A stretch of DNA of 62,529 nucleotides, filler included, from Asterionella formosa (Eukaryota), in the NCBI GenBank assembly GCA_002256025.1. It is 23 parts of 23 records of this genome, joined end to end, with 100 filler letters (N's around TTAATTAATTAA, not from the genome) between each part and the next. Parts side by side here need not be neighbours in the genome. Positions count along the whole stretch, not along the records: positions 1 to 2,631 come from NKIB01015021.1; positions 2,732 to 5,359 come from NKIB01015022.1; positions 5,460 to 8,086 come from NKIB01015023.1; positions 8,187 to 10,812 come from NKIB01015024.1; 19 more parts are not named here. One strand, written 5' to 3'. Positions within the stretch are counted from its first letter, which is position 1. Every line of letters begins with the position of its first letter. This document shows positions 1 to 10,750 of the stretch, in pieces. Position numbers and translations under genes: made by a program. The notes under the pieces were generated by a model, which was not told the DNA's origin, did not search any database, and was given only the letters and a program-made list of their open reading frames with translations.

Positions 1-432
1 CACAGGCTCTTGAGTTACCGAGCAACTATGAATGTGAGACCCATGAACTCATGGGCTCATCTACATTTCTTTTTCAAGGCAAGGTTGAAATCACACAGCC
101 ATCCATTATCCAAACCTTTTTTCAAGTTTCATTGTTAAACCAATGCAAGTGATAAATGCTTCCAGCCAAGGTGTAACCAATCAAGAAGGGTTATCATAAA
201 GGATCACTCCAAAATATCTGAACCCTCCTCAGGCAACTAAGGATAAGATAGATTAGTGTAGAGTAAAACTGTTGAGCATACATTGTAATATATGATTATG
301 GAGCAGCCCAATGCCCTATGACCCTATCGGCCTGTGGGAAAGTATGGTCAAAGTCAACAGCTTTATTGTTGTGCCTGTTAATGCAGCCATGTTGAACAAA
401 CATATGTATGGGAAAGCCTCTTTCAATAGTTT

Positions 433-1170
433 TTAAAATGGGAATGGCTTCTTAGTGGTTAGCATGCCTGCTTCTAAAGTGGCATTTTTGATTCCTTTAT
501 TCACCAAACGACAGCCTTTCTCTTGCACAAGATGAGTAACAATTGACCGAATCAGGCTGGATTTTTCAGAACGGCTTCTGGCGCTCAAATATGCTTGGTA
601 GTGGGAAGCAATATAAGATCGAAACTTTCGGTTACCAATATGGTCGAAGGATCTCTTTCCCTTGGCACAGAGGATATCATTTGCCCGGGGCGCATCAGAA
701 ATCATATCTATAGAACTATCAGGCTGAGGTATTTCCTGTTCGATGAAAGAAGATGTCGTGTTCGGTTCATTTTCATCTGTGTCGGTCATTCCACGATAGT
801 TGAAACGAGATTCATCCAGGCGCGTTACGCCCTGCTGCACTGACTCAGCGTTCTCAGCTTCATTTCGTATACCGAAACCACCCTTCTTGTGGTAAATGCA
901 AGGCGGTACTTCAATTTCATCCGTCCATCCATTCGTGGACGATGCTTGTGGAGAAACAAACGGTTCCTGGACTAGCAGGTGATACATCTTACGTGTATTC
1001 TTGTTATCCTCTTTCTGAACAAGGAATTCATTTTTGTTGATGGTATCCATTGTGATCACATCATCTGACGGCGATGTCTTACTTCGTGGGTTCATCAACA
1101 CAAGTTCACCAAGAACTGTTTCTTGAAAGAGTGGCGATTCCTCATTATTGTATGCCCTTATCATATTCAT
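433..1170 (-). CDS. DUF6824-like domain protein, probably 3'-truncated
   Basis: NDILCAKGKRSFDHIGNRKFRSYIASHYQAY...EKSSLIRSIV..L...GCRLV matches the diatom-expanded DVLxGRG..HxGNxxFR..Y..K..IV..GGRF pattern; the usual closing AREKVSHALRD-type motif is absent. Confidence 0.7.
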   Translation of the reverse strand: MNMIRAYNNEESPLFQETVLGELVLMNPRSKTSPSDDVITMDTINKNEFLVQKEDNKNTRKMYHLLVQEPFVSPQASSTNGWTDEIEVPPCIYHKKGGFGIRNEAENAESVQQGVTRLDESRFNYRGMTDTDENEPNTTSSFIEQEIPQPDSSIDMISDAPRANDILCAKGKRSFDHIGNRKFRSYIASHYQAYLSARSRSEKSSLIRSIVTHLVQEKGCRLVNKGIKNATLEAGMLTTKKPFPF

Positions 1171-1260
1171 TTACTAAATAATTTGGGGCAACGATTTGAT
1201 ATTAAGTTAGATTTGGTTGATGTTGTATTAATACTAGGTGCCTCTCTGACTCAATTGGAA

Positions 1261-2631
1261 AGTGATATAGCAATGACTCTGCAGTGATTCTTTCCACCAA
1301 AGCGCAACTGTTAAGTAATAACAAGAATCAATTTAGGTTGGAACAAAGGCTTAATGCTGGATCGTCTCCTAATTATGAATGAAACACGAGATAATACCGC
1401 AATTTCATTGTTCATAAGATCGATGGATACTTTACCATCCGTTATATATGTACCTGGTGTATAATTGCAGAAGCATACCCGTAGATGATTCTCCCAACAA
1501 AAATTCGACAAAATTATATACAGATTTCGTCACAAAATTCATTGAAGACATCGGGACTTTTGAACCGAACCTCCCGATGAGAAAGTGTAACTAAGGTACG
1601 CTATCACCTTCGAAATCCAAAATTCGATTTCGTACGAATTTAATTGATGCTTAATTTTGATTGGCCTTCAAATAAATGGTCAAACCCATCCATTCATACA
1701 CGTGGCACACAATTCGTCAAAAGTTTCAACATGGTCAGTCACCTTGCGAGGACTGAAAAAAAAAGAATTAAGCTATTGAAGGAATTTTGACAGATGGACA
1801 GAGCTGGTGTATCAAATCTTAGATAGGACGATTTCTTAGGTAGCTTCTACCTAACCTCAGGGATTGATATATATATATTATTTTTTGTGACCTCCAATAA
1901 TGGCTAAATGTCCTTTGTTCGTACGCATCGATTGAAAAAGGCTGATTTTAGCGGAATGAAAAGTATTCATTTCCGATCCCGAAATGAACATTGCGCTCAC
2001 TCATGTGTCTACCTTACGTACCCAAGTACAAGCAAGTTCCCAACATTTTGCTTGAATAAAAAATAAAAAATTATAAAGACATATAAACATTTAGATAAAG
2101 CACAATTGCCGCATCTTGGTGCAGGTAAATAAGTTTCCACATGGTTACTTTGCGAAGACTAATCAAAAATAAGAATTTTTTGACGGAATATAGACAGTCC
2201 GACAGAGCTGGTGTATCAATTCTTATTTAGGTAGGTTCATTTCTTAGTTAGAATTTGCCTTACCTCAGGAATTGCTATATAGATACTATGTTTTGTGACC
2301 CCGTGTTTTAAATTTTTTGAAGAGGAAAAGAAAAGACCCGATGTCTTCAATGAATTTTGTGACGAAATCTGTATATAATTTTGTCGATTTCTTGTTGGGA
2401 GAATCATCTACGGGTATGCTTCTGCAATTATACACCAGGTACATATATAACGGATGGTAAATTATCCATCGATCTTATGAACAATGAAATTGCGGTATTA
2501 TCTCGTGTTTCATTCATAATTAGGAGACGATCCAGCATTAAGCCTTTGTTCCAACCTAAATTGATTCTTGTTATTACTCAACAGTTGCGCTTTGGTGGAA
2601 AGAATCACTGCAGAGTGATTGCTATATCACT
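1261..2631. repeat. ~295-bp near-perfect inverted repeat (1261-1556 / 2337-2631) around ~780 bp that contains an imperfect ~100-bp direct repeat (~1795-1893 / ~2200-2302)
   Basis: Arms are reverse complements (ORFs 1311-1511- and 2381-2683+ are near-identical); the right arm runs into the contig end. Confidence 0.9.
2029..2125. mobile_element. Degenerate copy of the ~95-bp TA-flanked MITE family
   Basis: TA|caagcaagttcccaacattttgcttgaa...ttgccgcatcttggtgcagg|TA aligns with the copies at 16499 and 28949. Confidence 0.55.
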
Positions 2632-2734
2632 NNNNNNNNNNNNNNNNNNNNNNNNNNNNNNNNNNNNNNNNNNNNTTAATTAATTAANNNNNNNNNNNNN
2701 NNNNNNNNNNNNNNNNNNNNNNNNNNNNNNNCCC

Positions 2735-3502
2735 CCACCCCCCCCCATCGCCTGACCAAACTGAATCACTTCCTGGACTCCACGGCCAACCGCAAACATA
2801 TGGCCCTCCGCAATCTTCCCGGCATTCGCGGTTTATTTAGTCTCTTCCAACATGCGCTAACATCGGCTACTTCGAGAAATCGCGTGAAACTTTCGGCCGC
2901 GGTGCACCTGTTCTTGACGGATTTTAAACATATAGTCAACCAGTTGCACACATGCCCCGCCCGTTTTCGCGAACTTGTCCCCACTCCACCTACTTTCATT
3001 GGCGCTTGTGACGCTTCTGGACACGGTATGGGAGGAGTTTGGTTCCCTCCTTCCCCTTTCCCGCCCATCCTCTGGCGGGCCTTTCACAGACCACAACCCC
3101 ACCGGCACCTTGACCAACTCTGATTTTGAACTGGCGGCAACTATCGCACACCAGGACATCCTAACCTATGCCCATCACACCGCCGAACTCACCACGAGTA
3201 GGGGCTGCGACAATCTCGCCACTGTCGCTTGGCAACACAAGGGGTCTTCCACCACCACGTCGGCCCATGCCTACTTGCTACGCCTAGCCTCCTTTTACCA
3301 ATGGCAACATCAGTACCACCAACAAATTCACTTTATTCCTGGGATTCATAACACCATGGCAGACACCGCGAGCCGCTCTTTTCACTTGTCTGACTCCGAC
3401 TTTCTCACCCATTTCAATTCCCACTTTTCTCAGCCCACCTCTTGGAAATTCTTTTTGCACATCCCTCCACCTCGACCCTCTCCTTCCATCCTTCCAAGAT
3501 AA
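2735..3502 (+). pseudogene. DIRS/Ngaro-like retroelement RT C-terminus and RNase H, frameshifted
   Basis: CDASGHGMGGVW, TNSDFELAA, CDNLATVAWQHKGS and HFIPGIHNTMADTASR are RNase H D/E/D/D motifs of YR retrotransposons, split over frames (2800-3123, 2975-3502). Confidence 0.85.
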
Positions 3503-4470
3503 AGTTCCCGTCCTACAAATATTTGCCCACTGTTACCGACACGGCATCATCTCCCCCTCCAAACGACAGGTCTGGGCTCGCACAGTGGAAGATGCTGTGC
3601 GTCAGATTGCGCAGATGTACTCCAGCTTGGGTTCCCGAGACCCTCGTCTAAACCCCTTTGGAGACCTAGACTTCCGTCTTCTTCGCCAACAAAAATTCTA
3701 CGGAAAACTTGACTCGCCCCCCTCGCGTGTCAAACCCATCCCACTCCCGCTCCTCCTCCATGCCCACACACAGGCCATGACCACTACCAACCCACCGGTC
3801 AGGCCACTACAGATATGGCATTTATAGCATATTTTTCTCATGAGGCCCGGTGAATATGCAGGTCTCCCCCATGCCAACAATCACCAATGCCCCCTTTTCG
3901 CCTCCAGGATGTTCAACTCTGGATTGATACCCAGCGCCTTCTACATCTGCAGTGTCCCCTGGCTGACCTCGCCCTTGCCACTTTCGCCTCTCTCACTTTT
4001 ACTAACCAAAAAAGTGGCGTTCGTGGTGAAGTTATCGGTCACCAGTGCAGCGGATACCAGCATGCCTGCCCTGTCCGGGCTATTCCGCGGCGAATCCTTT
4101 ATTTGCACAAACACAATGCCCATTCCACCACCCCCCTCAATGGCCTCCACCACAACCACCGCTAGATGTACATCATGGCCACCAATATCACCGTCGCACT
4201 CCGTGCCTCTGCAGCCCTCATCGGATCATCCTTAGGTTTTCTTCCCTCTGATGTGAGTGCCCGCTCACTCCGGGCGGGCGGCGCTATGGCTCTACTGTGC
4301 GCGCATGTTGATACCGACCGCATTCCCTTAATTGACCGCTGGCAATCCGACAAAATACTGTGGTACTTACACCTACAGGCCCAGCCAGTTATGCAAGACC
4401 TTGCCTGCCACATGCTTGTGGGGGGCACCTACACTCTCATTCCTGGCCAGGACATTCCCAACGCCTACTC
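3500..4470 (+). pseudogene. Tyrosine recombinase of a DIRS/Ngaro-like retroelement, several frameshifts
   Basis: RVKPIP, MRPGEY (Arg I), FTNQKSG (Lys), CPVRA, SARSLRAGGAMALL (box II), DRWQSD..YLH (Trp/Tyr), distributed over ORFs 3585, 3840, 3887 and 4166. Confidence 0.9.
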
Positions 4471-4564
4471 TCTTCTAATTTCGTCAGTCCATTTCCTTCA
4501 AGTAAACGGCAGTCCACAGGGGGGCAATAGATGTCAGTAATCCATTTCCCTTAAATTAACGGCA

Positions 4565-5040
4565 GTCCATTTCGGCAGGCAAATCTAGGGGCTATTGAAA
4601 ATATTGAAGGTAGTTCGGTACTCAAAAAAGGAGCATATGAAATATACAAAAATATTTTTTATACGATGGGCAATTGCAGGATTGATTAATCCAAAAACGT
4701 ACATGTGAAATAAACAATATTTGTTTAATATGAAGGGCAATTGGCTAGTTTGCATCAAACATGCAAACAATATAAAATATGTTTTGAATGTTAACAGTGA
4801 GGGCAATGTTTGTGACGAAAAGGGCGCTGATAGCTACTTTGTGAACTAGGAAGACCCTAAGCAGGAGTAGTCTGCCTACTCATAATCTTGTGTACTCGGC
4901 GTGGGAGGCCCTTGCAGGTTGACCTTGTCACAGCGCCGGGGGCGCCACTCGTTAGGTCAACCTATTTGCATCTCCCAAGCCTTGAACACAAGAATACTCG
5001 TAGGCAGTCTCCACCCTCAGTCGTGTCTTACCTTCAGGAG
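4565..5040 (+). repeat. Dispersed non-coding repeat, homologous to ~42795-43250
   Basis: Shared blocks such as cagcgccggggg(c)(g/a)ccactcgt..gtcaacctatttgc and tattttt(t)at..gatgggcaat. Confidence 0.7.
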
Positions 5041-6267
5041 TCGAACAGATCCTTTTTCCTTCCTACCGGTAGTCTACAGGAAAGTATGATGATTTGCATT
5101 TCAGTTTTACCGGACAGTTCAACATTTATGTAGGTAAGATATGAACAGGCTACATACAATGAATTCTACATACAAGTGACCACAGGACGGAATCCAGAAT
5201 CCGTTTGCATGACATACTTGATGTCGAAATATGGCAACAAATTACAAATACACAATGCATGTATGAAATCGTGCATGAATTTGTACGGTTCACCCAGTAT
5301 ACATAGTACAGGCAATGCACGATGTGACTAGCATTTTGAGTTACTAGCTAGTAGTGCCTNNNNNNNNNNNNNNNNNNNNNNNNNNNNNNNNNNNNNNNNN
5401 NNNTTAATTAATTAANNNNNNNNNNNNNNNNNNNNNNNNNNNNNNNNNNNNNNNNNNNNATATACCCATCTCCAAATGAATTGATTTGATCATTGGCTAG
5501 AGTGAGTGAGTGCTTTGACTTTTGAACGAGTTTCATATCACTTGTGTACTTAATTTTCATGCGATTAAGCAGATGTGTGTGTAGCTCGTAAATGAGAAAT
5601 GCACGTCTAACAGCACAAGCTCAATGTCATACAACCTCTGCAAGATAAGTGCTCCAGCACCAGCAACCCAACAGCAGTTACAAGAAAGTCTCATGGTGCC
5701 CCTTTTCCATTCAATACAAACGTTCCAAATGCATTCTCATCCAACTTGTGAATCTCCCACGCACACTGTGTCTCTGACTACGAAATTTGGCAATCAACCA
5801 AATTTATCTGCAAGGTTTTGTGGGCAGTGATCAAAATTTCACCCCCTGAAACTACCAACGGCAAAATGAGACAGAAATGAAGTTTTTTTGACAAGCAATG
5901 TGTGCTTCCTGGACCAAACGAACTTTTCATAATGGAGCAGATTCGCAAATAAGTTGGCATGGGGACTCTAGCTATTCTTTTAAATGCTCGGCTTGACTCT
6001 CTCTCAAACTTTGGCACAGAAGCTGCTAAAGAGCTCTTCGTGGAACAGTTCTTAATCGCTTTTTCCCTATGCGCTGCTCTGCAGGAAATAGCACGATTTG
6101 CTTGCTCAATCAATCATATCCCAATGATTGGAAGATAGAAACTGAAGGGTGGCCAACTTAAACTGATCTTGGAGCAATGTGATCGACCGACTGAAGGAAA
6201 CTGCAAGGCGGCGTATCACACACTGGAAATTGGAGAGTTGGAACAAAGGAGTTGAGAAAGCTGTGGA

Positions 6268-6687
6268 ATGTGTTACACTGGAGCTACATTGTCACTTGGA
6301 AACGGAATTATTTGTTCTATGTCCATGAAACAGAAAGTGAACACTAGAAGTTCGACTGAAGCAGAATTGGTTGGTGTCGATGACATCATATCAAAGGTGT
6401 TGTGGACGAAATTATTTATTGAAGCACAAGGACACAAGGTGACTACGAATGTCATTTACCTTGACAACACTAGCGCAATGAGTCTAGAAGCAAATGGAAA
6501 AGCAAGTTCAGGAAAACGCACACGGCATTTCAACAACAAATATTTTTAATACGGATCTTATTGAAAGAAAGGAAGTACAAATCAAGTACTGTCCCACGGA
6601 TGCAATGTTAGCAAAGACTACATGACAAAACCACTGGTTGGAACGAAATTTATTCATTTTCGTGAGCAAATTATGAATTCAAAGTGA
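6268..6687 (+). pseudogene. Ty1/Copia (CoDi-like) RNase H C-terminus, frameshifted
   Basis: KQKVNTRSSTEAELVGVDD, DNTSA, GKRTRHF, then in other frames YCPTDAMLA/DYMTKPL.GTKF..FREQIMN. Confidence 0.92.
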
Positions 6688-6709
6688 GCATCCGTGTCCA
6701 GCAGGAGTG

Positions 6710-6989
6710 TGTTGTATAAATTACTTTAGGAAAGAAAATCCCTGTATAAAATACCTACTACATATTGAACCGAATGAATCAAGAAAGAATATGGTACCAG
6801 AGAATTCGAAAACAATCTACGTCAACAGTGGGCGCACTCTGATAATAAAAAATTATTATATCATGTGTATATTATAACACAAATTATTCTGGTGATCTGC
6901 TACATTATATCGTCCTTGCGCTCAAATAATAGAGATATTTTAGATTACTTCTCTGACATTATATATATTATTAACTTTTATATTCAACA
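6710..6989 (+). mobile_element. Putative 3' LTR (280 bp) of the Copia element, preceded by a PPT-like CAGGAGTG
   Basis: TGTTGTATA...TATTCAACA termini directly after the pol stop and a purine-rich tract. Confidence 0.65.
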
Positions 6990-7087
6990 GTTAAATTTTC
7001 ATATCGATGCATCCTCTTGTATGCAATGACGCCTCTTGTTCATTATATGCATGAGTTCTATATATTCATCATCGTCGGTCACTGACC

Positions 7088-7430
7088 ATGTCGACTTTCA
7101 TCCCATCTCCTGATGATGATGATGACATTATGATCACATTGCTACTGTTAGCAATGTGCTATCCACCAGTAAATAGGACGCCATCGTTCAGGGAAAGTTT
7201 GACTGTTGATGAGGTCAGAAAAAGAAGTGGCAAAATCCGTCGCCACGCACTACAGCATCCATTATCGAGTCCATTCTGGACTTTGTTCAACAGCAAGCAT
7301 GATGATGCTCTGATTACGTTGTGTGGGTTTGACCATGCTTCTTTCGAGCTCCTACACCAGCTGTTCAAACCTTGTTTTTATTCCTTCACTCCCTGTAGGA
7401 AAAATACGGATTTCATTGTTAGAAATTCAA
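7088..7430 (+). pseudogene. PIF/Harbinger-like transposase N-terminal fragment
   Basis: RRHALQHPLSSPFWTLFNSKHDDALITLCGFDHASFELL resembles the N-terminus of stramenopile Harbinger-type transposases; the DDE core is missing. Confidence 0.6.
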
Positions 7431-7888
7431 CAACAAGGGAAATTCTCGTTGTGCTGTGATGCAACAACTTCCCATACATGGGACCCAATCGGCAGGTGAG
7501 TAGAAATGGTTTCCAGCAATGAGAGAATCTCATTGATCCTGAACTGTTGACCCCGACTCTGCATGCTTCGGCGAGCTCTTGGAAACGTTGGTGCTCGCCT
7601 GGCAGTTGCTGTTCATGAAACTGAACTAGTAGGAGCACATGGGGACTGAGTAACCCCAGAAACACCAATCTGAGAAACACCTGGGACACCCATCCTACTG
7701 TCCTCATCGTCACTGGCAAACTCATCAGCACCAGTGTCATCTTCATTCTCGTCGTCGTCCTCCTCCTCTTCTTCTGGTTGAGTCTGTTGTTGTTCTTGTT
7801 GCTGGTGACGGCGACGTTCAAGCAGCCTTGGAGAGGAAGGGAAGCCCTCCCTGGCTGCTCTCCTTTGACCAGAAGAAGATGAAGACAT
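7430..7888 (-). pseudogene. Myb/SANT-like (DUF6818-like) Harbinger partner ORF, 5' part
   Basis: After the acidic/Gln-rich ORF 7613-7888, a minus-strand frame reads RGQQFRINEILSLLETISTHLPIGSHVWEVVASQHNENF, the LPxG..WE.V...HN Myb-like pattern. Confidence 0.6.
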
Positions 7889-8186
7889 GGCCGAAATCTA
7901 AAAGCGATGACGATCGATTTATTGAGGAGGTTGATTGATATGTAACGATATGCATATGTATATGCATACCTATTTTGGCAAGAGCAAGCCATTTTGAGTA
8001 TGAGCAAGCAAGTCTTGAAATATTCCGGGAAATTCTATATAGTCATTCATGTCTAAACATCTTTTTATATAATGCACTGTTATTTANNNNNNNNNNNNNN
8101 NNNNNNNNNNNNNNNNNNNNNNNNNNNNNNTTAATTAATTAANNNNNNNNNNNNNNNNNNNNNNNNNNNNNNNNNNNNNNNNNNNN

Positions 8187-8666
8187 GATGATGATGTCTC
8201 CGGCAATAGCCACAGAGTCATACCGCGCACTGCCACTATGTTGTTCACCAATTCTGGAAAGAATGATGGCTACCCAAAACCTCAGAAACCACACCAAGAT
8301 TTTATAACAACAGAATGCGAAAGGGAAACTCCTATGCCTTGCGGAATGATAATGTCCTTGTTTTTAGGAGGGAACTGTTTAAATAAATGGGATAATTTTG
8401 TGGATGAGAAGCATGCAATACATTTGTCCATACCATTCAAATTCATCTTTCTCATGTGTGGAGATATAGTCCATGGAGGAGCTTTGGATAAAAGTTTAAA
8501 AAATGGTGCTCTACAGATTCATTTCTATTTGTCGCCATTTAGTATAAAGCAAAGAAATGGACACTCTGTCGCCAAACTGAAACAACAGGATAACAACATA
8601 CACACTGATGGATCAATATGTGGTCGTAACCAGAAATTCTCGTCATTCTTATTGCAACATGCATGA
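8187..8666 (+). CDS. 2OG-Fe(II) dioxygenase-like protein (possibly 5'-partial or decayed)
   Basis: QKPHQD (HxD)...GDIVHGG (distal His)...NGALQIHFYL (where an R-x-H-x-Y motif is expected). Confidence 0.5.
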   Translation, partial: DDDVSGNSHRVIPRTATMLFTNSGKNDGYPKPQKPHQDFITTECERETPMPCGMIMSLFLGGNCLNKWDNFVDEKHAIHLSIPFKFIFLMCGDIVHGGALDKSLKNGALQIHFYLSPFSIKQRNGHSVAKLKQQDNNIHTDGSICGRNQKFSSFLLQHA

Positions 8667-10216
8667 CGGAACAGGATGGTCTAACTTATGATCTAATTTC
8701 ATAAAAACCAATCCAAAAATAAGTTTTTGGGTTTTGGTTTGGGTCAACGGTTAGTAATGGCCATAAAGTAACCATCAAAAACGTAAGAAATTCATCAATG
8801 GCATTAGGAATACCGCAATACTGGTAGGGCAAACCTACTGTTCGAGAGTACCGACAAATTATACAGTATTCTAACATGAATGTTTAGTTGGTACCAATGC
8901 TTATCATCATGAAACTTAGTTACAAGTGAAGACGAAGTCATGTCATTCGATGACTGATGGTATTGGTTGACAAATGTTATCAGGTGCTACACGAAGGATC
9001 TATAACTGGTGTCCACTATGCTGCTACAAAGTGAGGAAAAATCGGAAACCAATCACTTTCCTCCTCGACCTGTTTTTTTAAAATTACTTTCCCAATCACT
9101 CCTACAATTTCGGAACTCTTTGGTGACAAGTCATGGACTGCTTCTTCCGGATTGGCAACCATGTCTGAAGTTGCCTTTTATTTACATTTTGCGTTTGCTT
9201 TGGAAAGGGGAGATTTTATATCAAGTCTATCAGATTCGATAGACTCAATTAGACGCTCTGAGAAAGTAGAAACAAGATCTACCACGGGCATACAAGCAAC
9301 ACGATCTTCAATTCTTGGGATGGTATTGGGAGAAGATGAACTGGCATCAACTATTTCGTTTTCACTCGCCTGTGTCAATGCATAAACGGAGAATACACAA
9401 CGTCGGTGATCTTTATTTGGAATGACAGGTTTGACTAATTGGCGATGCTTCTCAAATGTAGCCGTAATGTTGCACAGAAGCTTGTTCCTCTTTTCTTCTG
9501 TATCAATACCAGCACCAACAATATTAGTAAAAATACCACAGGGATCATTTGAAACGCCCCAATAACGGAGAAGTTTATCAACATCATTGGACTCATTTCG
9601 ACAACCATTGTTGCTGTAGCTACAACATTGGAATCAGCTATTGATTGAAGAATGGTTCTGGTCGTACCCTCATAAATATTTTACACTTTTTCAGAGTGGT
9701 GAGAACATATGTGAGGGACAAGCTACACTACGTATATATAAGCTATATAAATAAAGCGGTCACTTTGTGGAAACTATGTGTGTGGCAATGGGGTTAGGCT
9801 GTCCTATGTAGTTCCTCTGATGTTGCCGATAAAGAGATTTCTTAAAACAATGGGATAGTACAATGTTATTAAGCAAAGTTACGATTGTTATTTCGAACCC
9901 CCTACTATTCAAGGTTCATGTGATGCTACTATTTTCTAAATGAAATGAAGCTACTTCCTGATTATTGATGTTGCGGCTCTAATTCTGCAGCATACAAACG
10001 TGCTCGCCAATAGCGAGTCAATGAGAATGGAAGACTCATTGCATCGCAAGACTACCATTCCAATGATGACGTTTCGGCGCTAAGTGATTCTGATTCCGAT
10101 GATTCGGAGACCGTAGAAAAGGCCGATTTTGTCGAATTTTTGGACAACGATAGCTCAACGTTGGCTGGGTCTGAAGCCGATTTAGATACATAGGGTAACC
10201 TTCAAAGAGCATCAGT

Positions 10217-10360
10217 ATATAACTTCTGGCAAGAAACTGCAGAAAGGAACTTCGGTTTTTTACTATGCCAAATAAAGTGATTTCCCCCGAAATTTTCTAG
10301 TCTTTATAGCATAGTTAAAAAACCGAAGTTCCTTTCTGCACTTTCTCGCCAGATCCTATA
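10217..10360. mobile_element. ~140-bp hairpin MITE-like element
   Basis: Arms 10226-10268 and 10309-10352 are about 43-bp reverse complements (ctggc.agaaa.tgcagaaaggaacttcggttttt..actatgc), with TATA on both flanks. Confidence 0.7.
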
Positions 10361-10599
10361 TCCTGACAATATACATCGTTGACCTGTGCCCCTACTTTTG
10401 TCAATGACTGTATCTAAGCATATGGAAAGGGTGTATATTGGTGAAAGCTCCATTTAGCGATACACATTTATGTTTTACTTTTAAGAAGTGTGTGTTTGAG
10501 TACTCTGACTCAATATTTTTTTTAACCCTACCTCTAAACTAGGGTTGAAATGCAGGAACCTTAATGTATATACCAGTACAAGGTGTGGTACTTCATTTG

Positions 10600-10750
10600 C
10601 GAAGGCCATTCAGAAAATCTATTTGTATTTGCCCTCAAGTTCTAGTTGAAGTCAGGAAATTCTATTTGTAATCAGCAAATTCTAGTCAGTGTCAGCAAAA
10701 TCTATTCATATTCAGCAAGTTCTAGTAGCTAGTTGTCAGCAAGTTCTAAA
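10600..10750 (+). repeat. Degenerate ~20-bp tandem repeat (gtcagcaa.ttcta); homologs on the minus strand at ~20040-20205 and ~20965-21080
   Basis: cattcagaaaatctatt..tattt is shared in reverse complement with 20175-20200. Confidence 0.7.

Noticed and set aside
1311..1511. Duplicated small ORF (also 2381-2683)
   Set aside because: By-product of the inverted repeat; non-ATG start and no protein features.
2676..2687. Periodic TTAATTAATTAA motif every ~2.72 kb
   Set aside because: Artificial linker inside N runs.
3840..4470. Bacterial or phage integrase, or contamination
   Set aside because: Directly linked to a retroelement-type RNase H, which indicates a eukaryotic YR retrotransposon.
5624..6113. 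ORFs upstream of the Copia RNase H, and similar ORFs at 9009-9385, 21274-21537 and 48224-48784
   Set aside because: No recognisable motifs; possibly decayed coding DNA, but no call can be supported.
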